From Candidatus Nanohalobium sp. (GTDB taxonomy: Archaea > Nanohalarchaeota > Nanosalinia > Nanosalinales > Nanosalinaceae), in the NCBI GenBank assembly GCA_042217555.1, contig JBDGSL010000058.1:1-28068 (forward strand): DNA of 28,068 nt, written 5' to 3'. Within the stretch, counting starts at the first letter, position 1; each line of letters opens with the position of its first letter. Below are positions 1-7,995 of the stretch, piece after piece. A program made the position numbers and the translations under genes. The notes below the pieces were generated by a model. The model was not told where the DNA came from. It was given only the letters and a program-made list of their open reading frames with translations, and did no database searches.

Positions 1-1
1 A

Positions 2-2029
2 GTCCGAGACACAAAAAACAATCAAGATATCATGCGTTTAAAACAAGGAGGAAACGTAGAAATACCGAACGGCAAACTGGACATGAACGGCAACAACATC
101 CAACTCAACGGCGGCTACCTCAGCAACGACGGCAACAACGAAGGAATCAGAGTGGACAACTCAGGGAACGTAGAGGTACCGAGCGGTAATTTGGATATTG
201 GTTCTGGAAGGCTTTGGATCACTCCGTATTCAAATTACGGAAGTTGGCAAAATGGTGGAACCACATTATTTACAGGGAAATCTACAAACTTCATAGCAGG
301 TTATAGTGACAATAGAAGGAATATTAACTTTGGAATCGGAGGAGATAACATCAGCGAAAGCACAATTGGTCTCAGTTTAGATGGGCAAGGGGATGGATCA
401 GGCACTCCTGCCAATTCGGTAGACGTCAGGATTCCAAATGGCTTAGCTGAAGTAGGACAGACTTCTAATTCAGAGAATCTTCCTTTAAGAGTCAAAAACG
501 GAGGTAGCACTTCAGGTATCCGTATAAATGCCAACGGGAATACAGGAGATTTGACATGGAATTCAGGTTATTGGAATTTAGGAGACGGAGCTGTAAGAGT
601 CGGATCTGGCAACCTAAAACTGTATGGACAGGACTTGGAATTTGTCTCAGGGGGTACAAGAAGGTTAGGTCTGGAACACCAATCAGGAAGTAATAGAGTT
701 TCATTTGTGGATTATGATCAAGGAGCAGGGAACGTGATCAACTTTAACGAAGGAGGAAACGTAGAAATCCCGAATGGCAACTTGGATGTTTCCAGTCCTT
801 CCAACTCGGATCATACTGTGGATGTCGGCGGTTCAATGGGCGTGGAAGGGACTTTGGATGTGAATGGTAATGATATTAGGAATGTTGACGCTTTGACATG
901 GAGTCGGGAGAAGGTGAATGGGTCGGGAACTGAAACCTTTGAATCAGCGAGCTTTGACGGTTCTTCCGAGATTACTGGTGGGGATTGGGGGACATGGACT
1001 GTGGGAGAATCGACCGATGTCTCCGTGTCGAGCAGCGACCCGACCCACGGGCTTAGCAACTACGAGGGCAACATGGTGATGCTGCAAGGCGGTGCACACA
1101 TGAACAGTACCGGCCTCAATCTCGACAAGTGGGCGTGGAGCGGAGGCCGACTGTACATCAGTGCCTGGGTCCGGGTGGAGGCAGATGCGGGTGAAACCGG
1201 TGTAATACAGTTCTCCAACGACGGCGGGTCCACGTGGCAGACGCTGGAACAATTCGAACAGCCGGCCAGCTCCAATGATAAATGGACGCGGTGGCAGCAC
1301 GTAACGTACGACATCACTGATTTGATCAAATACGGCAACAACCACCACATTCAGTTCGACATGGAGGCGAGCGGGCCGGCGGACACGATGTACATCGATA
1401 ACGTCAGGCTGATCCACGCACCTTCCCTGGGGAGATGGACAGGGAGCGACAATACTGGGGAGATTTCCTACCGGGGCGGCACCGTTGAAATCCCGAACGG
1501 CAACCTTGACATGAACGGCAACAATATTACTTCTTCAACGACAGGAAACGTTTCGATAGGTCAGAGTCTGAAGGTGTACGGGAATGTTTACGCACAGGGC
1601 GCTGACCTCGCAGAGATTTATCAATCGCCGCAAAAACTGGATCCGGGCGAAGTAGTAGCGATCAATACGGAAAAAGATAACTCGGTTGTAAAAACAGAGC
1701 GGAAGTACCAGGAAACCGTTACAGGAGTAGTATCCACCAACCCGGGACAGACACTCAACTGGGATGAGGACGGTTACCCGATCGCCTTGGAAGGTAAAGT
1801 ACCGGTACAGGTCAAGGAAGGAGTAAAGGTTGAGAGAGGCGACCGACTGGTTCCATCCAATGTATCGGGTAAAGCCACGGTATGTGAAACCTGGAACCCG
1901 TTAAAGGAAGAGAATTCTTCGATAAGAAGGATCGTAGCCCACAACCAGAAATGCCGTTCATCCACGATAGGTAAGGCGCTAGAAAGCTCTGAAGCAGGAA
2001 ATAATAAAGTGCTGGTGAAGGCAAATTGA
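2..2029 (+). CDS. 3' part of a large modular surface fibre/adhesin (Gly/Asn/Ser-rich beta modules, jelly-roll-like insert) with a C-terminal peptidase G2-like intramolecular chaperone (autocleavage) domain; 5'-partial
   Basis: The frame is open from nt 2 (VRDTKNNQDI precedes the ATG at 32), so the gene probably starts upstream of the window. Recurrent GGNVEIPNGNLD motifs. The C-terminus GADLAEIY...GEVVAI...GVVSTNPG...PIALEGKVPV...GDRLV...IGKALE matches the DxAE chaperone domain of phage tail appendages. Confidence 0.75.
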   Translation, partial: VRDTKNNQDIMRLKQGGNVEIPNGKLDMNGNNIQLNGGYLSNDGNNEGIRVDNSGNVEVPSGNLDIGSGRLWITPYSNYGSWQNGGTTLFTGKSTNFIAGYSDNRRNINFGIGGDNISESTIGLSLDGQGDGSGTPANSVDVRIPNGLAEVGQTSNSENLPLRVKNGGSTSGIRINANGNTGDLTWNSGYWNLGDGAVRVGSGNLKLYGQDLEFVSGGTRRLGLEHQSGSNRVSFVDYDQGAGNVINFNEGGNVEIPNGNLDVSSPSNSDHTVDVGGSMGVEGTLDVNGNDIRNVDALTWSREKVNGSGTETFESASFDGSSEITGGDWGTWTVGESTDVSVSSSDPTHGLSNYEGNMVMLQGGAHMNSTGLNLDKWAWSGGRLYISAWVRVEADAGETGVIQFSNDGGSTWQTLEQFEQPASSNDKWTRWQHVTYDITDLIKYGNNHHIQFDMEASGPADTMYIDNVRLIHAPSLGRWTGSDNTGEISYRGGTVEIPNGNLDMNGNNITSSTTGNVSIGQSLKVYGNVYAQGADLAEIYQSPQKLDPGEVVAINTEKDNSVVKTERKYQETVTGVVSTNPGQTLNWDEDGYPIALEGKVPVQVKEGVKVERGDRLVPSNVSGKATVCETWNPLKEENSSIRRIVAHNQKCRSSTIGKALESSEAGNNKVLVKAN
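45..1524 (+). repeat. Dispersed intragenic repeats encoding G(G/N)VE(I/V)P(N/S)G(N/K)LD junction motifs
   Basis: AAGGAGGAAACGTAGAAAT is identical at 45-63 and 750-768. GACATGAACGGCAACAA is identical at 80-96 and 1508-1524. A further protein-level copy (SGNVEVPSGNLD) lies near 160-200. Confidence 0.85.
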
Positions 2030-2604
2030 CTACAAGTGTGAGAGAGAAAGTAGAGAAAAGGCAAAAGAAGCTTCAAAACCGGTATAATTATTCTCTAAAG
2101 ACCATTGGGACCTCTTTGCTTTTCATAGGATCTATTATCCTTATATCTGGAAGCGGGATGCTGCTGAATGATCAAGGCAAATCCTGCTCAACCAGAGAAA
2201 CAGTTGAAGTCAACGGAGACTCGATGGAACCTCTGTTGGAGAACGGAGAAAAAGCCACGTTGCTGAAAGGATACTACGACTGCCACAACGCCTCGAAAGA
2301 CGATATAGTGGTGTACGACTGGAGCGGACAGGACCAGCCTCTAGTCAAGATAGTGAAAGCCGATCAGGACGACAAGATAACCTTTGACGGCTGTAACGTC
2401 CTTGTCAACGGAGAAAAAATCACCAACACTGAAGGAAGGCCGTACTGCCTCGACCGGTCCAGAAGAGACCGCCTGAAAAAGGACATCAACTACAACGTCC
2501 CTGACGTCATGCTTCTCGGAAATGAAATCTCCGGATCACTTGACTCCTCTCTATTTGGATTGGTGCATGAGGAAAATCTCGTCGGTAAGGTCAAGTTAAA
2601 CTAA
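2026..2604 (+). CDS. Signal peptidase I (S26 family), Ser-Lys (LepB-like) type
   Basis: N-terminal TM helix, box B GDSMEPLL, DIVV, box D LVKIV with Lys, degenerate box E LLGNE..SLDSSLFGLV. The TTG start overlaps the upstream TGA; GTG at 2038 is an alternative start. Confidence 0.85.
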   Translation: MTTSVREKVEKRQKKLQNRYNYSLKTIGTSLLFIGSIILISGSGMLLNDQGKSCSTRETVEVNGDSMEPLLENGEKATLLKGYYDCHNASKDDIVVYDWSGQDQPLVKIVKADQDDKITFDGCNVLVNGEKITNTEGRPYCLDRSRRDRLKKDINYNVPDVMLLGNEISGSLDSSLFGLVHEENLVGKVKLN

Positions 2605-2633
2605 ATAAAAGTGGATGAACAAAATGGTACTAT

Positions 2634-3404
2634 ATGTCAGAAGAAAACCTTGAAGGACAACTTGAAAAAGTAATCGACGAATCTCTAGAAGATACCACGG
2701 CCTCCTTTAAAGAACGCCAGCAGTTAAAGGACAGACTTCTCGACCTCTTCGAAGACCTCTCCGAAGAAGAACAGAAGGGAATGCTCGACCAAGTAAAAGA
2801 AAAGGAAATGTCTCGCAGAAGCTTCCTTAAGACTCTTGGAGTCGGAGCAGGAGTACTAGGCCTTGCGTCAACAGGAGCGGGATGGAGCCTGATCCAACCC
2901 CAAAGCCAGGGAGTATCAGACATCGATGCTGACACAGTCGACGGAATGAATGCATCATCTCTATCTTCGATAAGTCAAAGCTCAAGCGGAACGGGTAGTG
3001 GAACTCTTTACCTTAATAATGGTAGTCTATATTTGAAGAGTACTGTAAAGAATCAAACTAACAACACTACAAAGGGAACTATATATAATACTATTAATCC
3101 TAATCCTTCTCTTGGAACTACCGCGGATGTCACAAAATTTACAGTAAAAATTCATGCAGATCATACTGATAACACGGGGGGTTGGAGGATGTATTTGACC
3201 TACGGAGATGGAGGAACTACATCTCTAGGAAAGCCCTATACATTTACCGTGAGTAGTATGACTACAATGAGTAAAAGTGCTACGTATTCAAGCGTGAAAA
3301 GTTGGTATGCTTATGGTGGAAGTGATACAGGTGACTTTTATTATACCTTCTATTATACTGGGATAACGACTGACACTACTCTTACACCGATCACTTTGAC
3401 TTGA
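2634..3404 (+). CDS. Putative Tat-exported protein with tail-fibre-like DADTVDG motif and a Thr/Ser/Tyr-rich beta C-terminal module
   Basis: SRRSFLK twin-arginine motif plus hydrophobic h-region at about aa 60-85 (alternative start ATG 2808). IDADTVDG follows, then an AT-rich C-terminal coding segment. Confidence 0.7.
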   Translation: MSEENLEGQLEKVIDESLEDTTASFKERQQLKDRLLDLFEDLSEEEQKGMLDQVKEKEMSRRSFLKTLGVGAGVLGLASTGAGWSLIQPQSQGVSDIDADTVDGMNASSLSSISQSSSGTGSGTLYLNNGSLYLKSTVKNQTNNTTKGTIYNTINPNPSLGTTADVTKFTVKIHADHTDNTGGWRMYLTYGDGGTTSLGKPYTFTVSSMTTMSKSATYSSVKSWYAYGGSDTGDFYYTFYYTGITTDTTLTPITLT

Positions 3405-3503
3405 ATGCCGTTGTAGGCCTTCAAATCCTGGTTTCTGATGGATTTACAGGCTATATCAATTTATATGACCGATAGATCGATTTAATAAAATGATGAGGTT
3501 AGT

Positions 3504-3650
3504 ATGATTGCCAACGACGGAAAGCAGGCCTTCAAAGAAAGACTTCAGAAATTTCTGGAAAACGTAGAGCCTGAAGAAATCGAATCTAACCTTGTAGTGG
3601 TTGAGGAGGCAAGATACAGGATAAGCCCAATTGGCCCTGACAGAGGGTAA
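3504..3650 (+). pseudogene. 48-aa ORF resembling the C-terminal end of a DUF5615/PIN-like toxin; probable remnant
   Basis: MIANDGKQAFKERLQKFLENVEPEEIESNLVVVEEARYRISPIGPDRG. The LVVVEE.RYRI ending recalls DUF5615 C-termini (recognised from memory, not searched). Confidence 0.35.
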
Positions 3651-3697
3651 ATCGATATTGGCTGCTTATTGGGAAACACTAAGCAAGTTATGATCTG

Positions 3698-3850
3698 TCG
3701 ACCGACTTAGTGGTATTTGTGAACGATCTATCGCCGAGAGAAATCGAGGAATCTTCGAGAATATATCAGGATGATATGGATGCGGATGTTCCCCGTGCAA
3801 CTCCAAGAGTGATGTCAAGTATATCTATACAGGACTAGATCCTGCTGAGA
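3698..3850 (+). pseudogene. Frameshifted, truncated paralog of the 5' end of the AlkP-family gene at 4792
   Basis: Translates STDLVVFVNDLSPREIEESSRIYQDDMDADVPRATPRVMSSI/YTGLDPAE (2-nt insertion near 3832), versus GTDVVVFIDALTPREIDGFLEELHQGEMDADVPRVTPRVMSSIYTGLDPSE. The run ATGGATGCGGATGTTCCCCGTG is shared. Confidence 0.85.
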
Positions 3851-3900
3851 TACTGGTAGACCGTTAGTTTTATTTCTGTAGGTTACCTTCTTTATTAGGT

Positions 3901-4317
3901 ATGAGGCGCGAGGAAGTCTTGGAGAACGTGAGGTCCGCTGTCAGGGAGGTCTGTCAGGAGTACGATGTTGTTGCGGCGTATCTATTCGGCTCCTTCGTGC
4001 GCGGGGAGGAGAAGGAGGACAGCGATATTGATGTCGCGGTTTTTTTCAGAGACTACAATATTAACAAACTGCTTGAATTGGGCAGGAAGATCCAGGAGGA
4101 AGCAGGGGTTGAGAGAGAGATAGATGTTAGGGCCTTGAATCGGTCGGGAACAGCTTTTTCTTTCAGAGTGATTAGTGAAGGAGAAGTTCTGTATGAGAGT
4201 GAGGCCTCTGAAAGAGCGGATGTGGAACAGATGATAGATAGGCGTTACCATGATATGAAGCCTTATTTTGAAGATTACAGAAGAGAGATGAAGCAGAGGC
4301 TGGCCAGTTATGGATGA
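3901..4317 (+). CDS. mntA: Minimal nucleotidyltransferase antitoxin (MntA family, type VII TA)
   Basis: YLFGSFVRG...DSDIDVAV (GSx10DxD) motif, 138 aa, overlaps the downstream HEPN gene. Confidence 0.92.
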   Translation: MRREEVLENVRSAVREVCQEYDVVAAYLFGSFVRGEEKEDSDIDVAVFFRDYNINKLLELGRKIQEEAGVEREIDVRALNRSGTAFSFRVISEGEVLYESEASERADVEQMIDRRYHDMKPYFEDYRREMKQRLASYG

Positions 4318-4714
4318 AAGAATTGAGGAGAGGATGGAGGAGATAGATGAATACTTTGGACGTCTTTCCACGGTAAGGGAAGAGTCAGAAGGCGTATCAA
4401 GAGAAGAATCAGAGGAGAACCTAGTTAGGAAGATTTCTTCAGCAGCGATAGATATCGCTTCCCGGATAATATCCCTTGAAGGTGGAGGTAGACCTGATAC
4501 CTATGCAGAGTATTTCAGAGAACTGGAAAGCAGGGATGTAATAGATTCAGATTTAAGGAAAAGACTCGAAGAGATGGCGAGGTTCCGAAATCTGATAGTT
4601 CATCAGTATCACAAGATAGATTCGGAAGAACTCGAGAGGATAATTGAAGAGGATCTGGATGATGTGAGAGAGTTTCTAGATGCCGTGAGGCAATATTACT
4701 CGTCTCAGAACTGA
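4310..4714 (+). CDS. hepT: HEPN (DUF86/HepT) ribonuclease toxin
   Basis: RNLIVHQY = Rx4HxY motif, including the Tyr that is AMPylated in HepT/MntA systems. 8-nt overlap with the MNT gene. Confidence 0.92.
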   Translation: MDERIEERMEEIDEYFGRLSTVREESEGVSREESEENLVRKISSAAIDIASRIISLEGGGRPDTYAEYFRELESRDVIDSDLRKRLEEMARFRNLIVHQYHKIDSEELERIIEEDLDDVREFLDAVRQYYSSQN

Positions 4715-4791
4715 TCATTTTAAAGCAGGAATGTGGCGCGGGCGCAAAGATTTAAATAGTTTGTCTTCTAATAGCAAGTTAGTGATGATCG

Positions 4792-6183
4792 TTGTCTGAA
4801 GAAAGTAACTCTGGTACTGATGTCGTAGTTTTTATTGATGCTTTAACGCCTAGAGAGATAGATGGTTTTCTGGAAGAGCTGCATCAAGGTGAAATGGATG
4901 CGGATGTTCCCCGTGTGACCCCGAGGGTGATGAGTTCTATTTATACAGGTCTCGATCCGTCTGAGAACGGCATGATGGATGTTTCTCGTTTCGGAGGAGA
5001 AGATACTACTAGGCCGAAGAAGTCAACCTTTATCGACTAGGCAGTAAGGGAGGGTATGAACGTCCTGTCGATGGGTATGCCTTTCTCGGTTCCGTTTCAG
5101 GTAGGTAATGAAGGCTCTATTCTTCACGGTGATGCTCTTCAAGGCGCGAACCAGGTTGTTCCACAGCAGGCATCAAATCTTGTACAGGTTCCCGCGCCTT
5201 CAGCTGACATGATAAAGGACCATCCTGACACTGTGTACTCAAGCTTTCTTGATCAGACCCGGCAGTATTTTTTGAGAGCGAAAGAGAATATCCGGCAGGG
5301 AGATTTTGACACGGTTTTCATCGGCTACAGGCTTGTAGACTCTTACTGTCATTTCCAGCATACTGAGGAGAGGAACGGCAAGCCTTACAGGCAGCACCTT
5401 ATTGATCATATACAGTCTCTTCTGAAGGAAATACATAACCAGATTGACGGTGACCTGATGTTTTTCTCGGACCACGGTCAGACAGAGTTAACACATACTT
5501 TCAGAGTCAACCGATGGCTGGCGGAGAACGGCTATCTCAAGTACAAGGTCGACTATGACTTTATCGATGATCTGACAGAGTACCAGGGTGGAGAACAGCA
5601 TCCGGTAAACGAGAGGGTGGAGAACCAGATTACCTTCGGACAGCCTGGTGTTAAGCTGGATCAGGAGAACTCCAAGGTTGTCTGTGCCGATCCCTTCGAC
5701 TCATGCCTAACACTTCTCTGTGACCGAGATGATTTCGATGAGGAGAAGTTCCGGGAAGAATTGATGGATACCGGGATGTACCGCTCGGTAAAGTACAAGT
5801 GGGAGCTGTACGATGAAGATGCAGACTTCTACCACACTGTTCCGGACATTATTCCTGACCGAGCGGAAGGAGTCTTCGTCTCAGGAAACCTTCACAAGAA
5901 TCCGATCGGCATGGGTTACTACAGAACAGGAGTCCACGACAGGGAAGCTTGTTTCGGAGCAACCCGAGAACTGGCCGTTCCTGATAAAGAAACTATCAAG
6001 CCCGAGGACATGTACGATATTATAACGGATTTCATCGGACTGGAGGTAACTGAGTCTCCCCTCCAGGAACAGCAGTTGAAGCAGTGGACAGATGAAGAAC
6101 TTGAACTGGTTAGAAAGAAGATGAATGACTCGCTTGGAAAACCACAGAACCTTGATATCGACACTAAGGGTGACTCTAGATGA
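4792..6183 (+). pseudogene. Alkaline phosphatase superfamily (nucleotide pyrophosphatase/phosphodiesterase-like) gene interrupted by one in-frame TAG at 5038-5040
   Basis: ORFs 4792-5040 and 5056-6183 are in the same frame (FID*AVREGMNV). Motifs VVFIDAL, TPRVMSSIYTGLDP..NG, DSYCH, FSDHG and GVH are spread across both parts. Confidence 0.8.
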
Positions 6184-7127
6184 CTTGGAACTCTCGAATC
6201 CACGGCAAGAAAGCAGTACCTGGGAACGGAAGCCAGACTGAATTGATTGAAGAAGCTGTAGAGATACTTGAAGAAGCGGTCGAGAAGAACGCGGTCTTCC
6301 TCTGGACCGGGGGTAAAGAGGCGCAGGTGATCGCTGATCTCCTGCTTTACACTGTTGGAAATGATGATGAGGATCCCCAGGTTCCTTTCGGCGTTATAGA
6401 CACAGGAAACCAGTTCGAGGAAATGTACGATTTTAGAGAAAAGTATGTTTCTGCCGATGGCGACCAAGGAGCCGATACAGTAGGGCCTTTCTCAGGAATA
6501 GATAAAGTGATAGTTGAAAGGTATGATGAGTTTCTGGAGAAGATTGTTGAGAATCCTTCCGATCCTAGAGGCTACCATGGAGAATGGAGCGATGAAGGCT
6601 GGAAATGCCCTGAATGCGGAGAAAAAGCCGAGCTGAACCGTAGAGAGAAGAGAATTGAATGCTCGGAGTGCGGTGAAAACTCGAAGCTTGCTCCCATCCA
6701 GCGTCAGAACCTCAAGAAAGAGGAATGGACTGTCCCAAAGTCCTGTGGAGCCCTTAAGGTCGAGCCTCTGAAGAAGTTTGTGAAAGAGCACGGCTTCGAT
6801 GTCATGATAACCGGTATTAGGGGAAGCGACATGATTTCTCAGAGTGAGGAAGGCGAAGCAGAACTGATTGAGGAGAAGGAAGAGCCTGTCGAGTACACAC
6901 GTATTAACCCTCTAAAAAACTGGAGTGAAGCCAATGTCTGGGCCTACCTCAAAATGGAGAGCGTCTCATACCCAGTTCTCTACGATCAGGGTTACCGACA
7001 CACCGATTCAAAGTGCTGTACGGCGGAAGAGGACAGGCAGAGGGAAGCTTCCGAATACGGAGAGGGCGGTATAGACGCGGAGAAGCAGGCGGCGAAGGAC
7101 GAGCTGCAGGATATGGGATACGTTTAA
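6180..7127 (+). CDS. PAPS reductase family / CysD-like (sulfate adenylyltransferase small subunit-like) protein with inserted Zn ribbon
   Basis: WTGGKEA PP-loop variant, IDTGNQF, ITGIR, RINPL..WSE..VWAY, LYDQGYR, C-terminal ELQDMGYV. CPECG..CSECG insertion. ATGA overlap with the upstream gene. Confidence 0.8.
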   Translation: MTWNSRIHGKKAVPGNGSQTELIEEAVEILEEAVEKNAVFLWTGGKEAQVIADLLLYTVGNDDEDPQVPFGVIDTGNQFEEMYDFREKYVSADGDQGADTVGPFSGIDKVIVERYDEFLEKIVENPSDPRGYHGEWSDEGWKCPECGEKAELNRREKRIECSECGENSKLAPIQRQNLKKEEWTVPKSCGALKVEPLKKFVKEHGFDVMITGIRGSDMISQSEEGEAELIEEKEEPVEYTRINPLKNWSEANVWAYLKMESVSYPVLYDQGYRHTDSKCCTAEEDRQREASEYGEGGIDAEKQAAKDELQDMGYV

Positions 7128-7190
7128 GGGCTAAAACCCGAGCCAACGTCTTTTCGATAGTTTCCCTCTTTTACTTGGGCTTGGACCTGA

Positions 7191-7514
7191 AAAGTTGGTG
7201 GCTGGGAGGGAAGTTTTGATCTATCCGGTGTCACCACGCTCAAACTCGATACCAAGCTCGGCGACTACGGTACTTTGAGTGTTTATGTGGGCGGTAGCCA
7301 GGTGTTCTCCACAAGTTCAGGTCATGGTTGGACGACTCGGAGTTTGGATGTCTCGGGTTACAGTGGTCAAAACACGGTCCGGCTGGAATGGAACGGTTTC
7401 GAAATTCATGATGATCTGGTTTCGAGCGGTACTGGTAACGTCGAGGCGTTGGAGTTCTACCGCAGCGGTTACCTAGATAGTTATTATATGGTGTTTTGGG
7501 AACCTGGTTTTTGA
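7191..7514 (+). pseudogene. Start-less fragment of an extracellular beta-sandwich (jelly-roll-like) module
   Basis: Open frame after the TGA at 7188: ...SFDLSGVTTLKLDTKLGDYGTLSVYVGGSQVFSTSSGHGWTTRSLDVSGYSGQNTVRLEWNG... The domain-like pattern begins well before the first TTG (7275). No signal peptide. Confidence 0.5.
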
Positions 7515-7746
7515 GTAGGAGGCTAGGGTTTACCAGATTTACAATATTTTAGTTTTTGTTTCTGAGTTGGTGCTGTCTGTGAACTCTGTGAACAGTTCTA
7601 CTTGGTCGTTGAAATTAGCCTCCGCAAAAAAGTTTTTCGTCGAGTGGTTCTTTGGTGCTGAGGTGGAACTGATTTCTGTTGGTTTTCTGGTAAATGCTGT
7701 CTTTTTCCCCGTAGGGTTTTAAGTGCTGGTTGTTATTTTTTTGTGT

Positions 7747-7953
7747 ATGGGATTTGTTGGTTTGAATGAGGCTCTTTTGCTGGGTGCGGCTGTACTGGCC
7801 CTGGTTTTGGGTCCGAAGAAGCTTCCGGAGCTGGCCCGGAGTTTGGGTGAGTCTAAGAAGGAGTTCAGGAAGTCTATGAAGGAGGCTGATGAGGCTGTTG
7901 AAGAGGTTAAGCCTGATGCTGAGTCTGAGGTTGAGAACTTGAAGGAGGATTAA
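7747..7953 (+). CDS. tatA: Twin-arginine translocase subunit TatA
   Basis: MGFVGLNE + TM helix + LGPKKLPELARSLGESKKEFRK amphipathic helix and acidic tail. Adjacent to tatC. ATG 7747 is preferred over GTG 7723. Confidence 0.93.
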   Translation: MGFVGLNEALLLGAAVLALVLGPKKLPELARSLGESKKEFRKSMKEADEAVEEVKPDAESEVENLKED

Positions 7954-7995
7954 ATAGGTTTTTTCTCCTGTTTTTTCTGTGAGAGGTGTTTTTCG

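Noticed and set aside
2950..3404. Diversity-generating retroelement target in the variable C-terminus
   Set aside because: No reverse transcriptase and no template/variable repeat pair differing at adenines is visible in the window.
5038..5040. Pyrrolysine or genome-wide TAG recoding
   Set aside because: No pyl genes are in the window, and TAG ends sufC at its expected C-terminus.
6180..7127. DndC/phosphorothioation system (PAPS-reductase fold plus cysteine desulfurase)
   Set aside because: No DndD/DndE or Ssp-like genes are present. The C-terminus is CysD-like and the desulfurase sits with sufU in Suf context.
7576..7593. Tandem TCTGTGAAC x2
   Set aside because: Only two short copies in a degenerate intergenic stretch, with no support for function.
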